This document shows, piece after piece, positions 9,320 through 17,356 of a DNA stretch of 64,000 nt. The stretch comes from Obrimoposthia wandeli (lineage: Eukaryota). A program made the translations under genes and the position numbers. Position 1 is the stretch's first letter; each line of letters begins with the position of its first letter. Location: positions 310,001 to 374,000 of the forward strand of contig CDROCS010004085.1 in the NCBI GenBank assembly GCA_977020255.1, in the 5' to 3' direction. The notes below the pieces were generated by a model that saw only the letters and a list, made by a program, of their open reading frames with translations, was not told where the DNA came from and did not search any database.

Positions 9320-10606
9320 TTAAAAATTGTCCAGCCAGATGTCTTCATTCAAAGATGCTTTATTTTTGCGTTTTTTCTTACCGCTGCCTTCAGGTTTTGC
9401 CATCGGCTTATTTGCAATTAAAAACGCTTCATTCACTTCATCAGCTTCAAAGCCTTCTACTTGCTCACGTTCAAGTCGGAGCTTGTTCTTCTTTTCGATG
9501 ATTTTGAAATGATGATAATCGTCATGATCGATAAGCGATAACGCTAAGCCCACTTCACCCGCACGGCCACTTCGACCAATACGGTGCATGTAGTCTGATG
9601 GGCTTCTTGGTAAGTCGAAATTGATCACTACTGGCAGTTTTTCGATGTCTAAACCACGGGCTGCAATATCAGTAGCAATTAACACTTGGATCTCACCGGC
9701 TTTAAACGCTTCAAGCACGCGAGTACGAGCGCCTTGGCCTTTATCACCATGGAACACTTCTGCGGTAATACCACGTTTAGAGAGTTTGTCTGCTAAGTGC
9801 TCACAGCTGTTTTTCGCATTGACGAAAATAAGCGCTTGTCGCCATTCATTTTGTTTGATCAAGTGCGCCAATAAAGCGGTTTTTTCACCTTTGTTGACGG
9901 TAAAAACACGCTGAACTAAAGTGCTGGCGTCGCTACTTTGCAATTGAATTTCAACAGGTTCGTTAAGCAATTCTTGCGTTAACGTCTGTACTTGTTCAGG
10001 AAAGGTCGCTGAAAATAATAACGTTTGCTTATTATTTGGCAATAAACCCAACAATGCAGTTAGCTCGTCAGTAAATCCTAGGCTTAACATGCGATCGGCT
10101 TCATCAAGTACTAAGGTTTTAACCCTATCGAGCTTAATGGCATTACTTGAAATCAAATCGAGTAATCGACCAGGCGTTGCAACCAAAATATCAGTGCCGC
10201 CACGTAATGCGAGCATTTGAGTATTCGCTGATACACCACCAAAAACAGCAACCGTTTTAATCGCACCGTTAAAATGCACCGCATACGATTTAATGCTGTC
10301 AGCAACCTGCTTAGCCAGTTCACGTGTAGGTACCAAAATCAGTCCAGTAACATAGTTACCTTTACTTAATGGTTTGTCAGCGTGCTGTTGCTCAAAAAGG
10401 TGCTGCAATATAGGCAGTGCAAAAGCAGCCGTTTTACCAGAACCAGTATTTGCCCCTGCAATTAAGTCACGTCCTGCTAATACACTTGGGATCACTTGCG
10501 CTTGAATAGGCGTTGGCTGTTGATATTCCAGCTCAGTTAATCTAGCTAATAGAGGTGAAATAAGGCCAAGTTCTGTAAAGTTGGCTGGCGTTGTGGCAGT
10601 AGTCAT
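9320..10606 (-). CDS. DEAD-box RNA helicase (RhlE-like)
   Basis: Q motif, ANTGSGKT, PTRELA, DEAD, SAT, ARGLD, HRIGRSGR; likely start MTTATTPANF at 10606. Confidence 0.95.
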   Translation of the reverse strand: MTTATTPANFTELGLISPLLARLTELEYQQPTPIQAQVIPSVLAGRDLIAGANTGSGKTAAFALPILQHLFEQQHADKPLSKGNYVTGLILVPTRELAKQVADSIKSYAVHFNGAIKTVAVFGGVSANTQMLALRGGTDILVATPGRLLDLISSNAIKLDRVKTLVLDEADRMLSLGFTDELTALLGLLPNNKQTLLFSATFPEQVQTLTQELLNEPVEIQLQSSDASTLVQRVFTVNKGEKTALLAHLIKQNEWRQALIFVNAKNSCEHLADKLSKRGITAEVFHGDKGQGARTRVLEAFKAGEIQVLIATDIAARGLDIEKLPVVINFDLPRSPSDYMHRIGRSGRAGEVGLALSLIDHDDYHHFKIIEKKNKLRLEREQVEGFEADEVNEAFLIANKPMAKPEGSGKKKRKNKASLNEDIWLDNF

Positions 10607-11027
10607 TAATATAAAGGGCTCAGAGCTAAGATAATAGCGCGCTATTTTAGCGTATTTATGCCCCGTTAAGTTAGTGATATCGATCAAAGCTTGCCGTAAT
10701 GTCATTCCATCACCGTATAGAGCGAGTTTGATTCGACACTAAGTTCCTAAATGGTCACTGTCTTTCATTCTCATTTTTTATGTTACTTAATGCACATAAG
10801 GGGCAAGGTTCTAAACTGAGGGAGAAAACGGGGTGAAACTGAGAATAGTGATAGTTTCATTAATAATAAGGTTATTATCGTGAAAGCACTCTACATAAAA
10901 ATGATGGGCGTGTTTGTATTGATCACTTTACTTTGGTTCAAACCAGTTAACACAAGACTTAACTGCGATCGGTTATGATTTGGATTTATTCCACCGTGAA
11001 TACTTTTCAATGCGTTAGTGTCATCTT

Positions 11028-11075
11028 TATACCCAAGTTACCTCAAGATGCTCGTTTCAGCGAGAATTTGTTGGT
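11028..11075 (+). mobile_element. Possible ERIC/IRU-like MITE left-end remnant
   Basis: TATACCCAAGTTACCTCAAGATGC resembles the TATACCC... terminus of ERIC-type intergenic elements; the 13-bp reverse complement TAACTTGGGTATA occurs at 27535-27547. Confidence 0.35.
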
Positions 11076-11154
11076 ATGGCTCGACAGCTATGATTTATAC
11101 GCCACTTCAAAATAAGCATGAATAGCGACTATTTTTTCATCACAGAGTTGAAGA

Positions 11155-11856
11155 TTAAACATTCATCCAATTTGTGCATAGCACAGGGATTAAACTTGCC
11201 GCTTTCCCTCTTAGGTATTTATATCCGAAGGGGATTTTGCCATTAATATCTAACGAGACAATAATTTTCTCTGCTTTGAAAGGGGCCTTTTTAAGCAGCC
11301 TGGCGGCAGGCTGAACAGTTAAAGAGCTGCCAACGGCTAGTACTTTATCGGCGGATTGTATATGTTTTGTCGCCTCATCTAAGCACAATACTGGTTCGCC
11401 AAACCACACAATATGCGGACGCAATTGGCTATTTAATTCGCAATGTTGACCAATATAAATAGGCTTGTCTTTCCAGTCATAAACAATGGAAGAGTCAATA
11501 CTGCTTTGAGCATGATTGAGCTGTCCGTGTAAGTGTATAACATTGGAACTTCCAGCCCTTTCATGTAAGTCGTCAACGTTCTGAGTAATGATCACTACAT
11601 CGTACACTGACTCTAATTCAACCAAAGCCTTGTGTGCTTGATTAGGAAGTGCTTTTAACGCCTTTTGTTTACGCTGATTGTAAAAGCGAAGTACCAACTC
11701 AGGGTTGCGCTCAAACGCATCCTTACTTGCGATCTCATATACGGGATAGTTGTTCCATAAACCATTACTATCCCTAAAAGTACTCAAACCACTTTCTGCA
11801 CTAATTCCAGCCCCTGTAAAGACAACAATTTTCTTCTTTTTTGTCTCGCTCATCAC
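11155..11856 (-). CDS. Sir2/CobB family NAD-dependent deacylase
   Basis: GAGISAESGLSTFR, ITQNVDDLHERAG, HLHG, LRPHIVWFGE, VGSSLTVQPAA. Confidence 0.93.
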   Translation of the reverse strand: MMSETKKKKIVVFTGAGISAESGLSTFRDSNGLWNNYPVYEIASKDAFERNPELVLRFYNQRKQKALKALPNQAHKALVELESVYDVVIITQNVDDLHERAGSSNVIHLHGQLNHAQSSIDSSIVYDWKDKPIYIGQHCELNSQLRPHIVWFGEPVLCLDEATKHIQSADKVLAVGSSLTVQPAARLLKKAPFKAEKIIVSLDINGKIPFGYKYLRGKAASLIPVLCTNWMNV

Positions 11857-11899
11857 AATTACTCCAGCAACGTTGTCATTGAGTCAATCCTAACGTTCA

Positions 11900-11922
11900 A
11901 ATGCGACATATAACGTCGCATT
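11900..11922. promoter_or_regulatory. Inverted-repeat operator, probable WYL-regulator site
   Basis: AATGCGAC-N7-GTCGCATT in the 99-bp divergent Sir2/WYL intergenic region. Confidence 0.75.
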
Positions 11923-11955
11923 GTGTGTTAACTTTCGATGACTTGATGCAATAAA

Positions 11956-12960
11956 TTGAAATTGTTAGAGAATATTAGAATGGATAGTGGATTAAGAAAG
12001 CTAGCAATACTGGCCAAGTTATCTAAGTACAGAAAAATTTCAGCCTCACAAATTCAGAAGCAGCTTGAAAATGAAGGAACAGAGACTTCGCTAAGAACCA
12101 TACAAAGAGACTTAGTCGAACTTTCCAGCCAGTTTCCAGTATGTGGCGATGAAAGCAAGCCTATCGGGTGGTCTATTGATAAAACGGCTGAACTATCACT
12201 TTCTGATTTTGATCTGACAACCTCTGTTACTTTTGTTCTGGCAGATAAGCATTTGGCTAATTTACTGCCTCCTTCTATGAGAGAAACACTCGAGCCTTAC
12301 TTCCGAACGGCAAAGCAATTTATTCGTTCTGAAAGTAAAAAGCCTGTTAGTCATTGGCCAGAAAAAATTGAGGTTCACACAAAGGGCTTGCCACTGCACC
12401 CGTCTGATATTTCAGAAAAGATCATAGAAGCAATATACAGCTCCGTGTTATCAGAACAGTGCCTTAAAGTCTCTTACTGTTCGTTAACCTCTGGAGAGGA
12501 AAGTCATTTTATTTTCCACCCTTACGGTATCGCAGTTCGCAGCGAGCGTTCTTACTTAATAGGTAGATATGACGAATACGCCGATATAAGGCAGTTGGCT
12601 ATAAGCCGTGTACGTGAAGCTGAAAAGCTGGATAAAGCCGCCGATATTGATCCCGACTTTTCGCTTAAGGATTTCGTAGCACAAGGTGAAATGGGTGTGA
12701 TTCGTGATAATGAAAAATTGAATGTTAAGCTTTGGATCACACCAGTACTTAAAACGATATTAACGGAAACACCGCTGGCAGAAAATCAGAACATTGAGCC
12801 TGAAGGCGATGATTTTATTTTAACGGCATCAGTAGATGATACCGATGAACTAAGGCATTGGATACTTTCAATGTGTAACCACGTCACTGTGTTGTCACCA
12901 CTTAAACTGAAAAATGAGGTCATCGAATACTTATCGAACTCACTTAGTTACTACCAATAA
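11956..12960 (+). CDS. WYL-domain transcriptional regulator (wHTH-WYL-WCX); start may be ATG 11980
   Basis: N-terminal wHTH (SLRTIQRDL), WYL domain (HPYGIAVRSERSYLIG...IRQLAISRV), C-terminal WCX (ELRHWILSM..HVTVLSP..LK). Confidence 0.92.
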   Translation: MKLLENIRMDSGLRKLAILAKLSKYRKISASQIQKQLENEGTETSLRTIQRDLVELSSQFPVCGDESKPIGWSIDKTAELSLSDFDLTTSVTFVLADKHLANLLPPSMRETLEPYFRTAKQFIRSESKKPVSHWPEKIEVHTKGLPLHPSDISEKIIEAIYSSVLSEQCLKVSYCSLTSGEESHFIFHPYGIAVRSERSYLIGRYDEYADIRQLAISRVREAEKLDKAADIDPDFSLKDFVAQGEMGVIRDNEKLNVKLWITPVLKTILTETPLAENQNIEPEGDDFILTASVDDTDELRHWILSMCNHVTVLSPLKLKNEVIEYLSNSLSYYQ

Positions 12961-12970
12961 GGCAAAAATA

Positions 12971-13498
12971 ATGGACCTATTAAATAAAAAACTAAAACAA
13001 ATAGTCGATGATAATCTAGAACACTTTGCCATATTTGCGGCACAAGGATATTCATTTGAAGAATGGTTGAACTTGGAGCTTTGCGTTGCCCTAAATAAAG
13101 ATTTATCGATAAAGAAAAATGCTGTCTGGAATACCCCTAAATACAAACATAACAACGGGGAGCGATTAGATATAGGGTTTACTTACAAAGATGAAAATTA
13201 TGCCATTGAGTTAAAAATAGCTCACCCAAGCACGCTGGAACAATATAAGAACAGTTGCAAGCATGACATAGAAAAACTTTCATCTGCCGAAGAATATCAT
13301 CACCGATTTTTTGTTTTGATTATCGTTTCTACACTATCAGCAGAAGAATTTGCTTCAGATGAAGCTTGGGGCAATTGGGTGAACGATATCTTTAAAGAGG
13401 GCTTGGGTAAACGTGATGCCATTGACCTAGGTGACTCCAAAGGTTCTGTGAATATTTATATGTCTGAAATCACTTATAAGCCCACAATATCGAAATAA
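12971..13498 (+). CDS. Hypothetical protein, predicted PD-(D/E)XK restriction-endonuclease-like fold
   Basis: FEEWLNLEL (helix Glu), RLDIGF (Asp), YAIELK (ExK), then DIEKL helix and FFVLII strand; starts 10 nt after the WYL stop. Confidence 0.6.
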   Translation: MDLLNKKLKQIVDDNLEHFAIFAAQGYSFEEWLNLELCVALNKDLSIKKNAVWNTPKYKHNNGERLDIGFTYKDENYAIELKIAHPSTLEQYKNSCKHDIEKLSSAEEYHHRFFVLIIVSTLSAEEFASDEAWGNWVNDIFKEGLGKRDAIDLGDSKGSVNIYMSEITYKPTISK

Positions 13499-13553
13499 AT
13501 GTTCCCCCGCTCCTAAGCGACTCATTTTGTCCATAAGTGGCTTAGGGTGATCA

Positions 13554-13682
13554 GTACTTATCATTACCATGAATCGCCCCAAGAAACTAAATGGGTGGAC
13601 GATGGAAATGATGGATGCTCTTGCCGAAGTGTTTTCAATAGCAAATACCAACGATGCCGTTAAAGCGATCATTTTATCGTGA
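13554..13682 (+). pseudogene. Enoyl-CoA hydratase/crotonase N-terminal remnant
   Basis: Manual translation VLIITMNRPKKLNGWTMEMMDALAEVFSIANTNDAVKAIILS*, bounded by in-frame stops. Confidence 0.75.
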
Positions 13683-13717
13683 AAAATAACCTGAGGCTCC
13701 CACTATTTTTCTATATC

Positions 13718-15478
13718 TTAATCTTCCGACCAAATTTCTTGAATAGATGGCCAACCCCAAGCTGTAATGGATACCCCTTTTAAAATCCCTTCAAAATGCA
13801 GAGTCTGCTTGTGGTGAAATAGTGGTAATAACCAGTTCTCGCTGATCATTGCAGTTGCAATAGGTTCCAACTCACGTAGGTATTCTGTTAAAGGGCTTTT
13901 ATGTCGGATATTGATTAACTCTTTACCTAACCATTTACTGTTTTCAGGCGTTAGGCTCTGATGTAGAACTGGGTTGGATAACAACCAGCGAAAGGCAGAG
14001 GTAGGGCGATTATCATCTAAGTTTAAGCTCGTCAGGATAAGATCTTCGTTAAGGCGATTTGCGTCAGCCTTCTCGTAAAAATCGTCAAAGGAATAGAGAT
14101 TGATCAGGCATTTAACACCTGCGTGATTCAGTATTTCTTTTATAGCTTCAGAGCAATCCATCAAAGCCTGATGTTTGAACACTGCAATGGTGAGTTTTTC
14201 TGGCAATGGTTGTTGTGTTGTTGGTATTCCAAAGGGTTTTATCCAGGTTGGTAACAAGTTGCGCGCAGGGATTGCCTCTATCTGATTATTTGCATTACTT
14301 AAATACGCCATTATCTCTTTTGTAGCCAGAATCTGACTTAGATACTTACGTTGTAATATTGGAAGATCAGCCTGATGGTTGAATAGCATAAGTAAGCAAC
14401 CGTCTTCGATTCTGGTCTGCTGACCATTATCAGCGTCTATGTTATCTCCGTTGATAGAGAGGTAGTGCGAGCAAACAGAACGTTTTTCTTGTGCAATATC
14501 CGCTTGAAGTGTCGTTGTACAAAATGCATCGTCTTCTTGTGGCGATACCTGCCAGACGGTGACAGTATCGGTGAGCGCACGGCATCCGTAATAGTTGTCG
14601 AATGCCTGTAACTGTAATCGTTTATCTGAGTGCTCTTGAACTTTAAATGCGCCACTGCCCACAATCACTGTTGGGGTAAAGAGCTGTGAAACAGGCTGGA
14701 TTGCGTATCTTGCATCTGCAATTAGCCCTGCAAACCCTGAATCTGGCTGGTTTAGCTGAAATTCTACGCAGTGAGGGTTAATGACAGAAATACTCACCAT
14801 GTGTGCCAGTTCTTTCTGGTATCCCGGCAGATCTTTTAATTGGGTAAATAGTTCGGCTATTACTCTTGCGCTGATTTTACTGCCGTCATGAAACGAAAGC
14901 TGTGGGCGTAAATAGAAGCGCCAGTGATATAGCTCTTCATTATAAGTCCAGTGATGTGCTAACTGAGGAGTGACGATACCATTCTCATTGCACTTGGTCA
15001 GGCTACAATATATTTGGCGTAACAGAAAGCGCTCACTGTTCCTCTGTGGAATATGAGGCAGTAGTTGTGAAAAGGGGCGACGATAGGTTAGCTGAACATG
15101 CAGCTGTCCTTCTCGACGGGTTGCGCCAGAGGTATTTTGTAGTAGCTGTCCAAATAACACTTGGTCATTGTCGATAAGTGCTAAAGCTTTTTCATATTTT
15201 CCTTCAGAGATCATCTTTTTGGCGAGATCCGCCTTCAACTCATCCGGTCTGTATTTAAGATGAAGCACAGAACGCTGGTTACGACCAACTTTCGGAACCC
15301 ACTCTAGCCACCCAATATTTTGCATCTCTTTTAATAGGGTTCGGCTATGTCTGGTACTGGTGAACATGGCTTCCGCCACGTCGTGCAGAGTGATGAGGAT
15401 TTCTGTCTTTACCCCGAGCTTGGCTATGCGTAGGAAGTAAAGGATCAACTTATCTTTAGACTTAGACAAAATGAGCAC
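13718..15478 (-). CDS. SgrR family transcriptional regulator (HTH plus solute-binding family 5 domain)
   Basis: STRHSRTLLKEMQNIGWLEWVPKVGRNQRS N-domain; RNSERFLLRQIYCSL, PQLAHHW, WRFYLRP. Confidence 0.9.
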   Translation of the reverse strand: MLILSKSKDKLILYFLRIAKLGVKTEILITLHDVAEAMFTSTRHSRTLLKEMQNIGWLEWVPKVGRNQRSVLHLKYRPDELKADLAKKMISEGKYEKALALIDNDQVLFGQLLQNTSGATRREGQLHVQLTYRRPFSQLLPHIPQRNSERFLLRQIYCSLTKCNENGIVTPQLAHHWTYNEELYHWRFYLRPQLSFHDGSKISARVIAELFTQLKDLPGYQKELAHMVSISVINPHCVEFQLNQPDSGFAGLIADARYAIQPVSQLFTPTVIVGSGAFKVQEHSDKRLQLQAFDNYYGCRALTDTVTVWQVSPQEDDAFCTTTLQADIAQEKRSVCSHYLSINGDNIDADNGQQTRIEDGCLLMLFNHQADLPILQRKYLSQILATKEIMAYLSNANNQIEAIPARNLLPTWIKPFGIPTTQQPLPEKLTIAVFKHQALMDCSEAIKEILNHAGVKCLINLYSFDDFYEKADANRLNEDLILTSLNLDDNRPTSAFRWLLSNPVLHQSLTPENSKWLGKELINIRHKSPLTEYLRELEPIATAMISENWLLPLFHHKQTLHFEGILKGVSITAWGWPSIQEIWSED

Positions 15479-15644
15479 CAGTTTATATGTAGTAGTTCCT
15501 CATTTTAGCCATTAAAGCACTGTAGTGGTATAGATTACGAAAATATGGCCGAAAACAGGAAGTAAATAAGCTTTTATTCTCTGTTTTTGTGTTCCTTATT
15601 TTGACTGATAATTAAATCTGTTAACGCAGCAGAGGGGGGGGGTT

Positions 15645-15824
15645 ATGCTAGAGGCTATTAAAAGAATCATTCAGCAGAGAGCAGGCAACACAGTATTAGC
15701 GGAGCATTATCGAGCTCGATTGGTTGCTATTCGAAATGTGATTGAGGAAGAGGCGACTGTCTATATGTCTTCACTATTACCACTTTATGATTGGAATACA
15801 CCGGATAAAAAGGAGTCAAAATGA
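15645..15824 (+). CDS. Small 59-aa ORF below the ORF-track cutoff
   Basis: MLEAIKRIIQQRAGNTVLAEHYRARLVAIRNVIEEEATVYMSSLLPLYDWNTPDKKESK*; G-rich RBS; stop overlaps the next ATG (ATGA). Confidence 0.6.
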   Translation: MLEAIKRIIQQRAGNTVLAEHYRARLVAIRNVIEEEATVYMSSLLPLYDWNTPDKKESK

Positions 15825-16210
15825 AAATTGAGCATGTCGCGATTTGGTGTAATAGCCTTGAAAGTATGAGTTCTTTTTATCAACATTACTTTGGTGCTAA
15901 AAGTGGTGAAAAATATGAAAATGAAGCAAAAAAATTCTCGTCCTACTTTTTGACCCTTCCAGAGGGGGCACGTATTGAGCTGATGAATATGGCGTCATTT
16001 CAAATACTACCATCAGACCTTTACGTTCAATTCACAGGGCTCGCGCATTTGGCATTTTCTGTGGGATCTGAAGAAAAAGTGGATCAGATGACAGAGACAT
16101 TTATCGCCGATGGTTACGAAATTCTAGACGGTCCACGATGGACAGGAGATGGTTATTACGAAAGTGTGATATTAGACCCTGAAGGTAACCGAGTTGAAAT
16201 TACAGTGTAA
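15821..16210 (+). CDS. VOC/glyoxalase family protein
   Basis: IEHVAIW, ARIELM, GLAHLAFSVGS, GPRWTGDGYYESVILDPEGNRVEI. Confidence 0.93.
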   Translation: MKIEHVAIWCNSLESMSSFYQHYFGAKSGEKYENEAKKFSSYFLTLPEGARIELMNMASFQILPSDLYVQFTGLAHLAFSVGSEEKVDQMTETFIADGYEILDGPRWTGDGYYESVILDPEGNRVEITV

Positions 16211-16277
16211 ATGTCAGTAATCTTTTCGTGTTGAAAGAATTGGATATTTATAGCTGCTTGTTTCGTAAATGGGTATC

Positions 16278-17234
16278 TCAGCGTTTGAACGTATCTGATG
16301 GGTATTCGCCAAATAACGACTGATAACGTGCAGAAAAGCGACCTAAGTCAGTTATATTCAATACCAAGGCCGCATCAGTGATTGAGGATGATTCTTTATT
16401 AAGAAGAATATCTCGTAATGCATAAAGTTTAATTAACATCGCGTATTGCTTAGGCGCTAAGCCAACTCTTTCATAAAACATATTATTTAATGTACGTGTT
16501 GAGACTCCGAGTGTAGAGGCAATGGAATTTATTGAACCCGTGTTCTGCGTGAAATTTTTCAGTGCTTTTATAGCGAAAGGAAGAATATGCTTTCTCGGTA
16601 ATCGGCTGCGACCTTGGTTTTGTTGCGGGCGTAGTGGTGGAGCTGTACTTTTAAGTTCTTGCAGTAATTGTAAAACAATCTCTAACCCGGGTTTGTTTTC
16701 CTCAAAATAGTCATCATTAAAGCCATTACTATTGAGAAGGCTTTGTGCGATTAAGCGAATTTTATTTAGTTGGTTTTCTTTTACTTCAATTGGCATCATT
16801 GATGCGCTAATTAAGTTCAGATGTCTTGAGGTTGTTTCAAATCGAATCATCATCCAACGGGTATCTGGCGGAACCTGAAAACAATAAGCTGAGCCTGAAT
16901 GTGAAGTAACAAGCCCCATTTGGTTTGCATTTAACGTGACACCATTAAAAATAAAACTGCCTGCTTCGAGCGGAAACATTAGTAAAGCGGATTTATCCTC
17001 TGCTGCGCTAACGTTGGGTACAATATTAAAACTGTGTGCAAATGCATAAATATGGTCAGGTGAAGAGGCAAGATAAAATGTCACTGGCATTCGCTGTAAT
17101 TCATCGAATTGATATATAGGTGCAGTAAGGCTGTTTACGGTGGTATTTTTATGGCAATTACCAAGATAAACATCGGCATTAAGATTACGCATTAATGTTT
17201 GCCTGAAGTCATCAAACTTTTTTAATGTCAGCAC
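16278..17234 (-). CDS. AraC family transcriptional regulator (EutR-like)
   Basis: C-terminal dual HTH: LGVSTRTL...GLAPKQY...ITDAA...DLGRFSARYQSLFGEYPSDT. Confidence 0.88.
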   Translation of the reverse strand: MLTLKKFDDFRQTLMRNLNADVYLGNCHKNTTVNSLTAPIYQFDELQRMPVTFYLASSPDHIYAFAHSFNIVPNVSAAEDKSALLMFPLEAGSFIFNGVTLNANQMGLVTSHSGSAYCFQVPPDTRWMMIRFETTSRHLNLISASMMPIEVKENQLNKIRLIAQSLLNSNGFNDDYFEENKPGLEIVLQLLQELKSTAPPLRPQQNQGRSRLPRKHILPFAIKALKNFTQNTGSINSIASTLGVSTRTLNNMFYERVGLAPKQYAMLIKLYALRDILLNKESSSITDAALVLNITDLGRFSARYQSLFGEYPSDTFKR

Positions 17235-17258
17235 ATTATTTACCCTATTGATGAACGT

Positions 17259-17281
17259 AAAAAAAGGGAGCTTTCACTCCC
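17259..17281 (-). terminator. Rho-independent terminator after the sulfatase
   Basis: GGGAG-tgaaag-CTCCC followed by a U-tract on the minus strand. Confidence 0.6.
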
Positions 17282-17356
17282 AATTATATAACGAATGATA
17301 AAATAATTATCTTAGTTTAATCGTATGCTATTCGTTGTTTCGCACTAAACTCGTTT

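Noticed and set aside
10880-10978. 32-codon hydrophobic ORF (MKALYIKMMGVFVLITLLWF...) as a type I toxin
   Set aside because: Weak RBS, GTG start and no evident antisense RNA structure; cannot be supported.
11155-11856. Calling the Sir2 a Thoeris ThsA or DSR NADase
   Set aside because: Only 233 aa, with CobB-type motifs (LRPHIVWFGE) and no Macro/SLOG or large C-terminal domain; no TIR gene nearby.
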